Part shown: positions 1 to 6,909 of the stretch, one piece after another | Layout: each line of letters starts with the position of its first letter | Position numbering within the stretch: position 1 is the first letter of the stretch | Virus record (IMG/VR): IMGVR_UViG_3300045988_160698 | Reading direction: 5' to 3' (one strand) | Length of the DNA stretch: 32,606 bases | Source of the DNA: a virus | Translations under genes and position numbers: made by a program | The notes under the pieces: generated by a model | The model's database searches: none | Told to the model about the DNA's origin: nothing | What the model saw: only the letters and a program-made list of their open reading frames with translations

Positions 1-55
1 GATTTCAACTGAGTTGACATATATAGTGTTCGCAGTAAGTAGCTTCTGCTCCACC
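1..55. repeat. Terminal 55-bp direct repeat, copy 1; identical to 32552-32606
   Basis: Read base by base: gatttcaactgagttgacatatatagtgttcgcagtaagtagcttctgctccacc occurs at both ends of the window. This fits a circular contig closed by a k-mer-length overlap. Confidence 0.95.
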
Positions 56-80
56 CGAGTTGAATTAGATGAACCCTGGT

Positions 81-1502
81 TTATCTGGGGTTCGTCTTTT
101 TTGTCGGCATAAAGTCATCGTCCCAATTGTCAAAGCTGAAATAGATCTGAACCTCATCGCCGTCAATCTGGATGAATCGAATGAACGTGTCGATGATGTC
201 ATACGGATCAGAATTTGCGTTCAGGGTATCGAGCCAGTCAATGTAATCGTCAATCGTTAGCGCTTCGGCGCTCTCGGCTTCGAGCGCGGTTGCAAGCTCG
301 TCCTTGAGTTCGCCTTGACGGGCTTTCAGCTCGTCCACCCTCTCCTTACCGCCGGGAGGGGCAAAGCCGTCCTCTATGGCTTGCCAGATGCGCTCAAACG
401 ACGCATCAATGCGCTTAATCTCTGCCTTGATTCGCTCACTGTCTTTTGGCTCATCGTATTCGGCGGTCTCGGCGATCATCATTTCGAGCGTCGTGATAAT
501 GCGCTCGCGCACCTTTGGGTCTTTGATTGATTCCAGGATGGTATCCGTGACGGCATCCTCGATAACGTCGCGCCTAAAGGTTCTGCGGCATTTCGGACAG
601 CGGTAGTAGTGGTAGACCTTGCCACTCTTGCCGGTTCCAGAGGTTCCGACATACCAACGGCCGCATTCACAGCAAAACATCTTTCCGCTCAGCGCGTACA
701 CGCGCTCGCCGTCTTCCACACGGTGCTTGTGGCCTCTGCCGTTGAGGACGTTGTTAATCTCTTCCTGTTCGCTGCGAGACCATATAGCGGGCATCCCGTT
801 AGGTATGCGCACACCGGCGTAGTTGTACGTGCCGCAGTTCTGCTCGCGCATGAGCAGCTTCTTGATGGATCCGTGCGAGAAGGGCCTTCCCCTCCTGGAG
901 CGCTCGGTCTTTACGGCTCGCTGGATGTCGGCAACTGTCGAGCCGCTAAGCAGCATGTTCTTCATCTTGTGCATGACGGCGGCTTCGCGCTCGTTGATGA
1001 CAAAGTGATCGTCTACGACATTCCATCCGTACAGGCGTTGACCGCTCGCCATGCCGCGTTGGGCGTTCTTCTGGATGCCGTCACGTATGCGTTCGCTATC
1101 AACGCCGCTCTCGTACTCCGCAAGCACCTCGAGCATACCGAGGTGCAGGACGCGCGTAGAACCCTCGCCGAGCGTTTCGCCGGCGTATAAGATCTCAACG
1201 CCGGCCTTGTGCAGCATAATGCGCGCAAGTGCCATTTCATCGCGGTTGCGCATGATTCGCGTGACCTTGTAAATCACCACATAATCAAATAGCCCTTTTT
1301 GGGCGTCTTTTAGCATTTGCTGAAACTCGGTGCGGTCTGAGTTCCTGCCAGTTTTGGCGTAGTCACTATATATGCGCACGACGGCAAGGCCGCTCTCTAC
1401 GCAAAACTCTCGGGACTTGTCGACCTGAATCTCAATGCTCTCGTCTCGCTGATTGTGCGAGCTAAAGCGTGCGTAGATAGCCGCACGACTACCTTTGGTC
1501 AT
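81..1502 (-). CDS. Large serine recombinase (phage integrase)
   Basis: 473 aa. N-terminal resolvase-type catalytic motif (AAIYARFSSHNQRDESIEIQ). Recombinase domain and Cys-rich zinc-ribbon (CCECG...YYRCPKC). C-terminal coiled-coil-like region. ATG at 1500-1502 preceded by AAGGTG. Sits next to the repressor gene, as expected for an integration module. Confidence 0.9.
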   Translation of the reverse strand: MTKGSRAAIYARFSSHNQRDESIEIQVDKSREFCVESGLAVVRIYSDYAKTGRNSDRTEFQQMLKDAQKGLFDYVVIYKVTRIMRNRDEMALARIMLHKAGVEILYAGETLGEGSTRVLHLGMLEVLAEYESGVDSERIRDGIQKNAQRGMASGQRLYGWNVVDDHFVINEREAAVMHKMKNMLLSGSTVADIQRAVKTERSRRGRPFSHGSIKKLLMREQNCGTYNYAGVRIPNGMPAIWSRSEQEEINNVLNGRGHKHRVEDGERVYALSGKMFCCECGRWYVGTSGTGKSGKVYHYYRCPKCRRTFRRDVIEDAVTDTILESIKDPKVRERIITTLEMMIAETAEYDEPKDSERIKAEIKRIDASFERIWQAIEDGFAPPGGKERVDELKARQGELKDELATALEAESAEALTIDDYIDWLDTLNANSDPYDIIDTFIRFIQIDGDEVQIYFSFDNWDDDFMPTKKTNPR

Positions 1503-1530
1503 GGTATTATCACCTTGCCTTTTGTTAGGT

Positions 1531-1575
1531 GCCCTGTGCTGCTTTGGACGGTCGCGCAGGGCTTTTTTCTTTTTT
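1531..1575 (+). terminator. Hairpin plus T-tract oriented for the + strand, lying between two minus-strand genes
   Basis: GCCCTGtGC (1531-1539) pairs with GCgCAGGGC (1554-1562) with one mismatch. It is followed by TTTTTTcTTTTTT (1563-1575). The U-tract exists only for a + strand transcript. On the - strand the hairpin has no U-tract. Confidence 0.45.
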
Positions 1576-1900
1576 ATTCCTTCTTTGACTCACTTGCCGC
1601 CGCTTTTGCGGTCATCGCTATGTTCTTCTGCCATTGCGGTGAACTGTCGCGGTAGTTGTCTACGATCTGACGTTCATCATCTGATAGTGACTCTTCATTT
1701 CGGTCGCCTTCGTCCCAACTAAGAACGTCATTTGGCGAACATCCAAGAGCTAACGCACAATTCCATACCTGTTCTGCGTTCGGGAACGATTCACCGCGCT
1801 CCCATGAGCCTACGGTGCGCATGGTAACGCCAACCGCTTCGGCAAATTCAGCTTGAGAAAGATGAAGCTTCTTTCTCATTTCCTTAATGGCAAGCTCCAT
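1574..1900 (-). CDS. CI-like repressor, XRE-family helix-turn-helix
   Basis: HTH motif LHLSQAEFAEAVGVTMRTVGSWERGESFP. I place the start at the internal ATG (1898-1900), which is preceded by GGAGGTG. The 38-codon upstream extension in the ORF track has no RBS and covers the operator region. Confidence 0.8.
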   Translation of the reverse strand: MELAIKEMRKKLHLSQAEFAEAVGVTMRTVGSWERGESFPNAEQVWNCALALGCSPNDVLSWDEGDRNEESLSDDERQIVDNYRDSSPQWQKNIAMTAKAAASESKKE

Positions 1901-2139
1901 TTTGCACCTCCAATTAGGTAGCTTTCTGCCGTGTATTCTAATCCGCTTAACGGCTATAGGCAAATATTTTCTTATTTTCCTCTTGCAATAGGAAGGAACT
2001 CGCTTATACTGCAATGCGAGTCAGGAAGGAATCTTCCTACTTGGCAAATATTCCTAGGGTAAACCCAAGGAATATACGGGTTGGCTACTTGACAAGCAAG
2101 TAGCCAAATACTGGCTCAATGCAGAAAGGAGGAAACGTA
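1901..2139. promoter_or_regulatory. Divergent lysis/lysogeny switch region with several operator-like repeats
   Basis: Perfect inverted repeat TTGGCTACTTG-5nt-CAAGTAGCCAA (2081-2107), which contains TTGACA at 2089-2094. Inverted repeat TATTCCTAGG...CCAAGGAATA (2049-2074). Palindrome AGGAAG-gaat-CTTCCT (2023-2038). AGGAAGGAA occurs twice (1990-1998 and 2023-2031). Confidence 0.55.
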
Positions 2140-2361
2140 ATGGGTTTCAACAAGGAGGTGTTTGCGGCGAACTTGCGAGCAGCTCGCGCGAAGCTCGATA
2201 TCTCGCAGGATGAGTTCGCAAAGCGCGTCGGTATCTCCAAAGATTCCGTCGTGAAGTACGAGAGCGGTGAGGGCTACATCCCAGGCGCAGACAAGATCAT
2301 GTCCATCTGCCGAGTTGCGCACATCAGCCCCAATGAGCTTATGGGTTGGCAGGAGAAGTAA
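2140..2361 (+). CDS. Cro-like XRE-family HTH regulator
   Basis: HTH motif LDISQDEFAKRVGISKDSVVKYESGEG. ATG at 2140 preceded by AAAGGAGG. Divergent from the repressor gene. Confidence 0.8.
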   Translation: MGFNKEVFAANLRAARAKLDISQDEFAKRVGISKDSVVKYESGEGYIPGADKIMSICRVAHISPNELMGWQEK

Positions 2362-2363
2362 CG

Positions 2364-2507
2364 ATGAAAGACCTTGTTAATGGAATTGTATGCGCTGCAG
2401 GTGTCTTGATTGCCTTGTCATATGCAATCGAATCGGGGGTTAAGTATGGCATCAAGTCGGCTCTGAAGGATGTCGAGATAAAGTTCACCATCCTCGAACA
2501 TAAATAG
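2364..2507 (+). CDS. Small hypothetical membrane protein (47 aa); too short for the ORF track
   Basis: My own translation: MKDLVNGIVCAAGVLIALSYAIESGVKYGIKSALKDVEIKFTILEHK. AGGAGA lies upstream. The ORF fills the gap between neighbouring genes and has one hydrophobic helix. Confidence 0.45.
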   Translation: MKDLVNGIVCAAGVLIALSYAIESGVKYGIKSALKDVEIKFTILEHK

Positions 2508-2523
2508 AAAGGAGGGGTTTCAG

Positions 2524-2922
2524 ATGCATGAAACCAAGACGGAAACCGTTGGTTTGCGTGGCGGTTCTGGACGCTCGCGAGCGCCGAAGCGCATCGAGCG
2601 CGTTCCAGCGGCGGTTCCACATAAGAACCACCGAAGCTATGCAAGCCTGCAAAAAGAAGAAGCCCGCGCACGTCGGCAAACGTACACGGGCAAGCGTCAA
2701 AACCGCGGCGGTCATGACGATCAGATTCTAACAGGAAAACCGTTGGTTATCCGTTGGTTTGTCTACGTTTTTGCAGCTCTGTTCATGTGCGGGATTATCC
2801 CCATGGCAATCGCGGGCGGTCTCATCACCTTCTGCGAGACATACCACTGCGAATGGCTCATCTTCGTGCTTTGCGGTGCGGTCATCTGGCTTATCTTCCG
2901 CATCATCGAGCGTGATATCTAA
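2524..2922 (+). CDS. Hypothetical membrane protein with a basic N-terminus and three predicted TM helices
   Basis: AAAGGAGGGG RBS. The C-terminal half is hydrophobic (VYVFAALFMCGIIPMAIAGGLITF..., WLIFVLCGAVIWLIF). Confidence 0.6.
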   Translation: MHETKTETVGLRGGSGRSRAPKRIERVPAAVPHKNHRSYASLQKEEARARRQTYTGKRQNRGGHDDQILTGKPLVIRWFVYVFAALFMCGIIPMAIAGGLITFCETYHCEWLIFVLCGAVIWLIFRIIERDI

Positions 2923-3314
2923 TGGATCTCGACAACATGGCACAGCCGCTTGAGAGCGTCATTGCCCAGGAGAAGATGGCTGTCTATCCGATGCCGCTTA
3001 GGCTCCAAGACCGCGCCGAGCTTTTCAAGAAATGGTGCGAGCTCAACCCAAAGACGCTCCGCAGCATCGAGTTGACGGCCCTGGCTATCGATAAGCGCGG
3101 TATGCGCGTGTCGACCAAGTACCTCATCGAGAAGCAGCGTTACGAAGGCTCCTACAAGCTCGTCGGCGTTCCGTTCGTTGACGGCAACGGGGAAGAGCAC
3201 GTCTTTGGCATCAACAATACGGATACGCCGCTGTTGAGCCGCTGGCTTCTCGACAAGCATCCCGATCTGAATATCGAGACGCGCAAATCCATCTATGACA
3301 CCAAGGAGAGCTGA
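2922..3314 (+). CDS. Hypothetical early protein
   Basis: 130-aa ORF in the operon frame. Its start overlaps the previous stop (TAATG). No family recognised. Confidence 0.55.
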   Translation: MDLDNMAQPLESVIAQEKMAVYPMPLRLQDRAELFKKWCELNPKTLRSIELTALAIDKRGMRVSTKYLIEKQRYEGSYKLVGVPFVDGNGEEHVFGINNTDTPLLSRWLLDKHPDLNIETRKSIYDTKES

Positions 3315-3315
3315 C

Positions 3316-3576
3316 ATGACAACGACGTTGCAGGTGGTCGAGCATTTCGAGGACATCACCCGATATGCCACCAAGAACAAAGGAAAGATAGAGCTGAAAA
3401 ACGCGGAGACCGACGAGGTTATCGAGCTTGATGAGCGTCTCGCCTCAGCCGTTATGTGCGCGACCCTGGCCTATGCCGCGACCATCATCGCCGGCACCTG
3501 CAAGATCTGCGATGCCGGCGAGGGCCACATGTCAATCATCTTGCTCGCCGCCGATATCTATGCCCGCGACCTCTAG
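3316..3576 (+). CDS. Hypothetical early protein
   Basis: Internal ATG at 3316 preceded by AAGGAGAG. 86 aa. Confidence 0.5.
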   Translation: MTTTLQVVEHFEDITRYATKNKGKIELKNAETDEVIELDERLASAVMCATLAYAATIIAGTCKICDAGEGHMSIILLAADIYARDL

Positions 3577-3802
3577 CCAGCCGAGCCTGTTCGACGATCC
3601 GCCCATGCCGGAGCCGTGTCGATGCGATTACGAATGCGGCGTACTCGACGAGGACGGCGCAAAGCCCAAGAGCAAATGCACGTTTCGCGGGTCTGTCGTT
3701 TGGACTAACTGCCGCGAGTGCGGCCACTGCCTGTGGGACGGCTGGTGGCAGCGCGCCACGTGCGATGGCCTGTCTATCGATGATGGAGGTGAAGAGGAAT
3801 GA
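3560..3802 (+). CDS. Small Cys-rich hypothetical protein; start uncertain (3560 or 3605)
   Basis: Cys-rich C-terminal part (CRCDYECG...CTFRG...CRECGHCLW). The stop overlaps the next start (ATGA at 3799-3802). Neither candidate ATG has a clear RBS. Confidence 0.4.
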   Translation: MPATSSQPSLFDDPPMPEPCRCDYECGVLDEDGAKPKSKCTFRGSVVWTNCRECGHCLWDGWWQRATCDGLSIDDGGEEE

Positions 3803-4239
3803 TTACCAAGGACGTGCGCGATAAAGCCCAGGAGCCGATGGCATGGTTCCAACACGACTCAAACTCAGCGCAAGACCAGAAGTGCCAAAGGCTGCTGTTC
3901 CGCTACGGCAACGCGGGTTACGGTGCGTTCTGGCGCATCTGCGAGATTCTGGCGAACACCACGACGCACTCATTGCCGGTCGAGACCGACGAGGACTGGC
4001 TGATACTCGCGGAGCAGATCGGGATGCGCAAGGCGGGTGCCTTCGACGATATGTCGAGCGTCGAGGACTGTCGCGATTTCATCAGCTGTCTGCTGGAGAT
4101 CGGCTTGCTAAACCGGGACGGAAAAGGCCGCATCGAGAGTGCGCGAATGCAAAAAAACGCTCTTTATTTCGGCATGCAAAGGGCAAACGGAGCCAAGGGC
4201 GGCAGGCCGAAGAAGAACAAAACAGAGCCAACGGAATAG
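3799..4239 (+). CDS. Replisome organiser-like protein (DUF4373 / Lin1244-Lin1753 N-terminal domain)
   Basis: Motif WFQHDSNSAQDQKCQRLLFRYGNAGYGAFWRICEIL matches the DUF4373 signature as I remember it. Basic C-terminal tail. Sits directly upstream of the iteron region. Confidence 0.65.
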   Translation: MITKDVRDKAQEPMAWFQHDSNSAQDQKCQRLLFRYGNAGYGAFWRICEILANTTTHSLPVETDEDWLILAEQIGMRKAGAFDDMSSVEDCRDFISCLLEIGLLNRDGKGRIESARMQKNALYFGMQRANGAKGGRPKKNKTEPTE

Positions 4240-4314
4240 CAGGTCAAAGGCGGTGAACTGGACAATGGAGCATGAAAGCGTCGCTAAACCATCGGTTTTA
4301 GATTGGCTAAACCC

Positions 4315-4554
4315 TAACAATACAGTACATAACAATACAGGGCGGGTTTTTGGGTTTGGGTCTAAAGACCCAAACCCAAAGCCAAAAACCCGCAACTTGC
4401 TTGTGGCGTTATGTAACAAGGAAGTCTTACTTTCTTTGCTTCTTTCTTTATCGCCCTTTAATTTCGCGCCTGATTTTCGAGTTTTCGCGCTTATAAAACT
4501 TGAGTTCTCAACAGCTTTTCAACAGGTTTTCAACAATCGTAATAGTTTTCAACA
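4315..4554. other. Putative origin of replication: direct repeats, long hairpin, AT/pyrimidine-rich tract and iterons
   Basis: About 320 bp with no coding potential. 2x TAACAATACAG (4315-4325, 4330-4340). Bulged hairpin 4343-4392 with an 11-bp perfect inner stem, GGGTTTGGGTC/GACCCAAACCC. T-rich tract at about 4420-4500. 4x TTYTCAACA at 4505, 4516, 4527 and 4546, the first three spaced 11 bp apart. Confidence 0.5.
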
Positions 4555-4565
4555 ATTGGACGGTG

Positions 4566-4775
4566 ATGCAAATGCCGTTTGGTAGCTACATCAACAAGAT
4601 CAGGGTCAAACGATGCTCTTATTGCGGTATCGACCGACCGAGGGATTGGTTCATCAAAGAGCGCAGCGCTTGCTGGAAGTGCAGGGCAGTCAAGAGGGAT
4701 GTTAAGGAGGGGATGTGCTATGACCTCATCGACGAAGGAACCATTCAAAAAGCTAAGCATATTCGACTTGGCTAG
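4566..4775 (+). CDS. Small zinc-ribbon protein (hypothetical)
   Basis: CSYCG...CWKC motif. Start placed at the first ATG after the iterons (4566). Overlaps the next gene by 56 nt. Confidence 0.4.
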   Translation: MQMPFGSYINKIRVKRCSYCGIDRPRDWFIKERSACWKCRAVKRDVKEGMCYDLIDEGTIQKAKHIRLG

Positions 4776-5199
4776 AGGCTACGAGCAGACCGATAGGAGT
4801 GACCGCAATTACGCGCGTCATCACTTCAACGATTACTTTACGTATCGAGACGTCATGCCGTGCGACATCACAGCTCTTGAGGGCTATATCTCAATCGAGA
4901 TTGCCGCCTTTCGTGCAATTGGCGAGGTGACCATTCCGGAGCTTTCCGTTTCCCATTACCGAAAAACGCGACCGATTATTCATGCAGGTGATGCCGGTGG
5001 TATCAGAGAAGCCTTCCTATTCTGCGATGGGTCGTATTTCAACGGGCGTGAGGCGATTTCATTCAATGAAGACGGGTTTATCGGCTTTTGCGGCTGGGCT
5101 GATTCGATGAACTCTAGGCCGTTTGTCTCTGGCTTCTGTCGATGGGTCGACGAGTGGATGACACCGGCGAAGTCATTGAGGGCGATGCGAAATGATTAG
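4720..5199 (+). CDS. Hypothetical early protein
   Basis: Internal ATG at 4720 preceded by AAGGAGG at 9-nt spacing. 159 aa. No family recognised. Confidence 0.6.
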   Translation: MTSSTKEPFKKLSIFDLARGYEQTDRSDRNYARHHFNDYFTYRDVMPCDITALEGYISIEIAAFRAIGEVTIPELSVSHYRKTRPIIHAGDAGGIREAFLFCDGSYFNGREAISFNEDGFIGFCGWADSMNSRPFVSGFCRWVDEWMTPAKSLRAMRND

Positions 5200-5578
5200 C
5201 GTCGATGACCTGCTTGCCGCCGCAAATGATCATCAAGTAAAAGTCTTGCGTCTGCTCCAACCGCAGGGCAAGCCTGACATCATCGAATGCGACGGCAGGC
5301 TGTACGTACCCGACAAAGAGTGCGAGTTCATCCCGGAGGAATTCGAAACCCGTTGGGACGATGAAAACCAGTGCTTGCGGATTGAGAAGCCTTCCGATGA
5401 TTGCGTTTGCTTCACGTGCTCTGAATGCGGTGAAGAGCTGAGGTTCGACTGGGATGGCGCAGGCAGCTGGTTTGAGCCCAAATACCCGTACAAGCCCATC
5501 GAGTTGAAATACTGCCCTGGATGCCGAGCAAGGGTTCTATTCCCGCATCCATGGCTTGATAAGGAGGTAGACAGATGA
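5192..5578 (+). CDS. Hypothetical protein with a zinc-ribbon-like CxxC pair
   Basis: CFTCSECG...CPGC motif. Start overlaps the previous stop. Confidence 0.55.
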   Translation: MISVDDLLAAANDHQVKVLRLLQPQGKPDIIECDGRLYVPDKECEFIPEEFETRWDDENQCLRIEKPSDDCVCFTCSECGEELRFDWDGAGSWFEPKYPYKPIELKYCPGCRARVLFPHPWLDKEVDR

Positions 5579-5985
5579 TCTGCATCGTCGGGACTAGGGG
5601 AAGCGGTAAGACGACTGAGCTTTTAAAGTTCTCCGCTGATTCTGGCATCCCTATTGCCGTTCATGATTCAAACAGGGCAACCAGACTCCGCATGCTCATG
5701 GATGAGCTCGATATCGATGCGCCCGATCCGGTTGTCATCGGTAACGGCGTTTATGGAGGACGTCCATCCTGCTCTTTGGCGATGGAGCGCGGAAAAGACG
5801 GTTTGGCTCCGGTTCTTGTTGATGATCTGGAATCCTTTTTCGGCGCTAAGGGATTACGTGCCGATGTGGTGACCGTCAACGCCGATGCCCTGAATATCGA
5901 TTTCGAACTTGCCGCAAAAGCAAATCCAAGTCTGCTCAATTACCTCCGTTACCGTCGGGAAATTAGGAAAGGTGGTACGAAATGA
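5575..5985 (+). CDS. Small P-loop NTPase-like protein
   Basis: Walker A motif GTRGSGKTT at the N-terminus. AGGAGG RBS. ATGA overlap with the upstream gene. Confidence 0.6.
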   Translation: MICIVGTRGSGKTTELLKFSADSGIPIAVHDSNRATRLRMLMDELDIDAPDPVVIGNGVYGGRPSCSLAMERGKDGLAPVLVDDLESFFGAKGLRADVVTVNADALNIDFELAAKANPSLLNYLRYRREIRKGGTK

Positions 5986-6305
5986 GTGCCTACGTCAAGC
6001 GGGTCGGTGATCTGACTGAGCCTGTTGAGCTCAGCGCTGCGCAGGTTGCTGAGAAGATGGCCCGAACGGTCGATTCTGAGTTCGACCCAGTGATCAAGCC
6101 TTCGCATTATGCGGGACACACCGGCATCGATTGCAAGGCGGCGATGGAGTCGATGCTTGGAACAGAAGCGTACGTGTCCCATATGCAGGCATGCGTGCTT
6201 AAGTACATCTGGCGATGGCGTGACAAGAACGGCATCGAAGACCTCAAGAAGGCACGAGAGTGCATCGACAACATGATCCGTGCGATTGAAGGTGATGGGC
6301 AATGA
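5982..6305 (+). CDS. DUF3310-family phage protein
   Basis: KPSHY...GIDC...VLKYIWRWRDKNGIEDLKKA pattern, typical of DUF3310 as I remember it. Confidence 0.6.
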   Translation: MSAYVKRVGDLTEPVELSAAQVAEKMARTVDSEFDPVIKPSHYAGHTGIDCKAAMESMLGTEAYVSHMQACVLKYIWRWRDKNGIEDLKKARECIDNMIRAIEGDGQ

Positions 6306-6472
6306 CCACCGTGAAGCTCAACTTCGAGCTCGAGGATAAAAAGCCCAACGTCAAGACTGCTGATATCGAGGAAGCGGCCAAGCGGTTCACGACCTCGCTG
6401 CTCTTCCTGATTCGCGCGTTCGGCGTGAGCGGCGTGTCGGTGAAGATCGTGGGAGATGACGGCGATGAGTAA
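6302..6472 (+). CDS. Small hypothetical protein (56 aa); too short for the ORF track
   Basis: My own translation: MTTVKLNFELEDKKPNVKTADIEEAAKRFTTSLLFLIRAFGVSGVSVKIVGDDGDE. ATGA overlap with the upstream stop. Fills an otherwise empty 150-bp gap. Confidence 0.45.
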   Translation: MTTVKLNFELEDKKPNVKTADIEEAAKRFTTSLLFLIRAFGVSGVSVKIVGDDGDE

Positions 6473-6659
6473 GTACGGAAAGTATCACGTCCTGGATAAC
6501 CTCTGCACGGTCTCACAGGACATGAGCAACCGCATCCTGACGTGCGAGCGGCGCGGTCGCAGCAACGTGATGGTCAGTTACGAAGACATTGTCATGTGGT
6601 CTGACATCGTGTCTGACGCCATCGAGGTCATCAACGAGAAGGGCGAGAAAGATGATTGA
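6465..6659 (+). CDS. Hypothetical protein
   Basis: ORF 6456-6659. The ATG at 6465 overlaps the upstream stop and follows GGGAG. Confidence 0.5.
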   Translation: MSKYGKYHVLDNLCTVSQDMSNRILTCERRGRSNVMVSYEDIVMWSDIVSDAIEVINEKGEKDD

Positions 6660-6909
6660 GAGTCCGAGCCATGCCCTCAACCGCATCATTAAGAACTTTG
6701 GTGATGCGTTCACATCCGCTTTGCGTGGAAAGGGAAACTTCTTCTTTGAGGTTTCACGCGCGGTGAGGCGTGCGCATAGGGAATGGGTCAAGTTCGAGAA
6801 GCGTTGCGTGAAGTATAGCGGCCCTAAATGGCAGCGCCGGTATACAAAGGCGCTCAAGCGCTCGCGCAGGAACGTCGCCTATCTGAAGCGCACCGGCAGG
6901 TGCCGGTGA
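6652..6909 (+). CDS. Small, strongly basic protein translationally coupled to the tyrosine integrase (possible directionality factor or DNA-binding protein)
   Basis: Internal ATG at 6652 overlaps the upstream stop. 85 aa, rich in K and R (RRAHREWVKFEKR...KRSRRNVAYLKRTGRCR). Its stop TGA (6907-6909) overlaps the integrase ATG (6909-6911). Confidence 0.45.
   Translation: MIESPSHALNRIIKNFGDAFTSALRGKGNFFFEVSRAVRRAHREWVKFEKRCVKYSGPKWQRRYTKALKRSRRNVAYLKRTGRCR

Noticed and set aside
1-55. Terminal repeats read as attL/attR or as biological direct terminal repeats
   Set aside because: No host-like flanking sequence is present. The gene order closes neatly into a circle, and the repeat length of 55 matches a common assembler k-mer. 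Real short terminal repeats cannot be fully excluded without the reads.
1901-2014. 38-codon N-terminal extension of the repressor ORF (track start at 2014)
   Set aside because: The internal ATG at 1900 has a GGAGG RBS, and the HTH domain starts immediately after it. The extension runs through the operator and promoter region and encodes an implausible Lys/Arg-rich leader.
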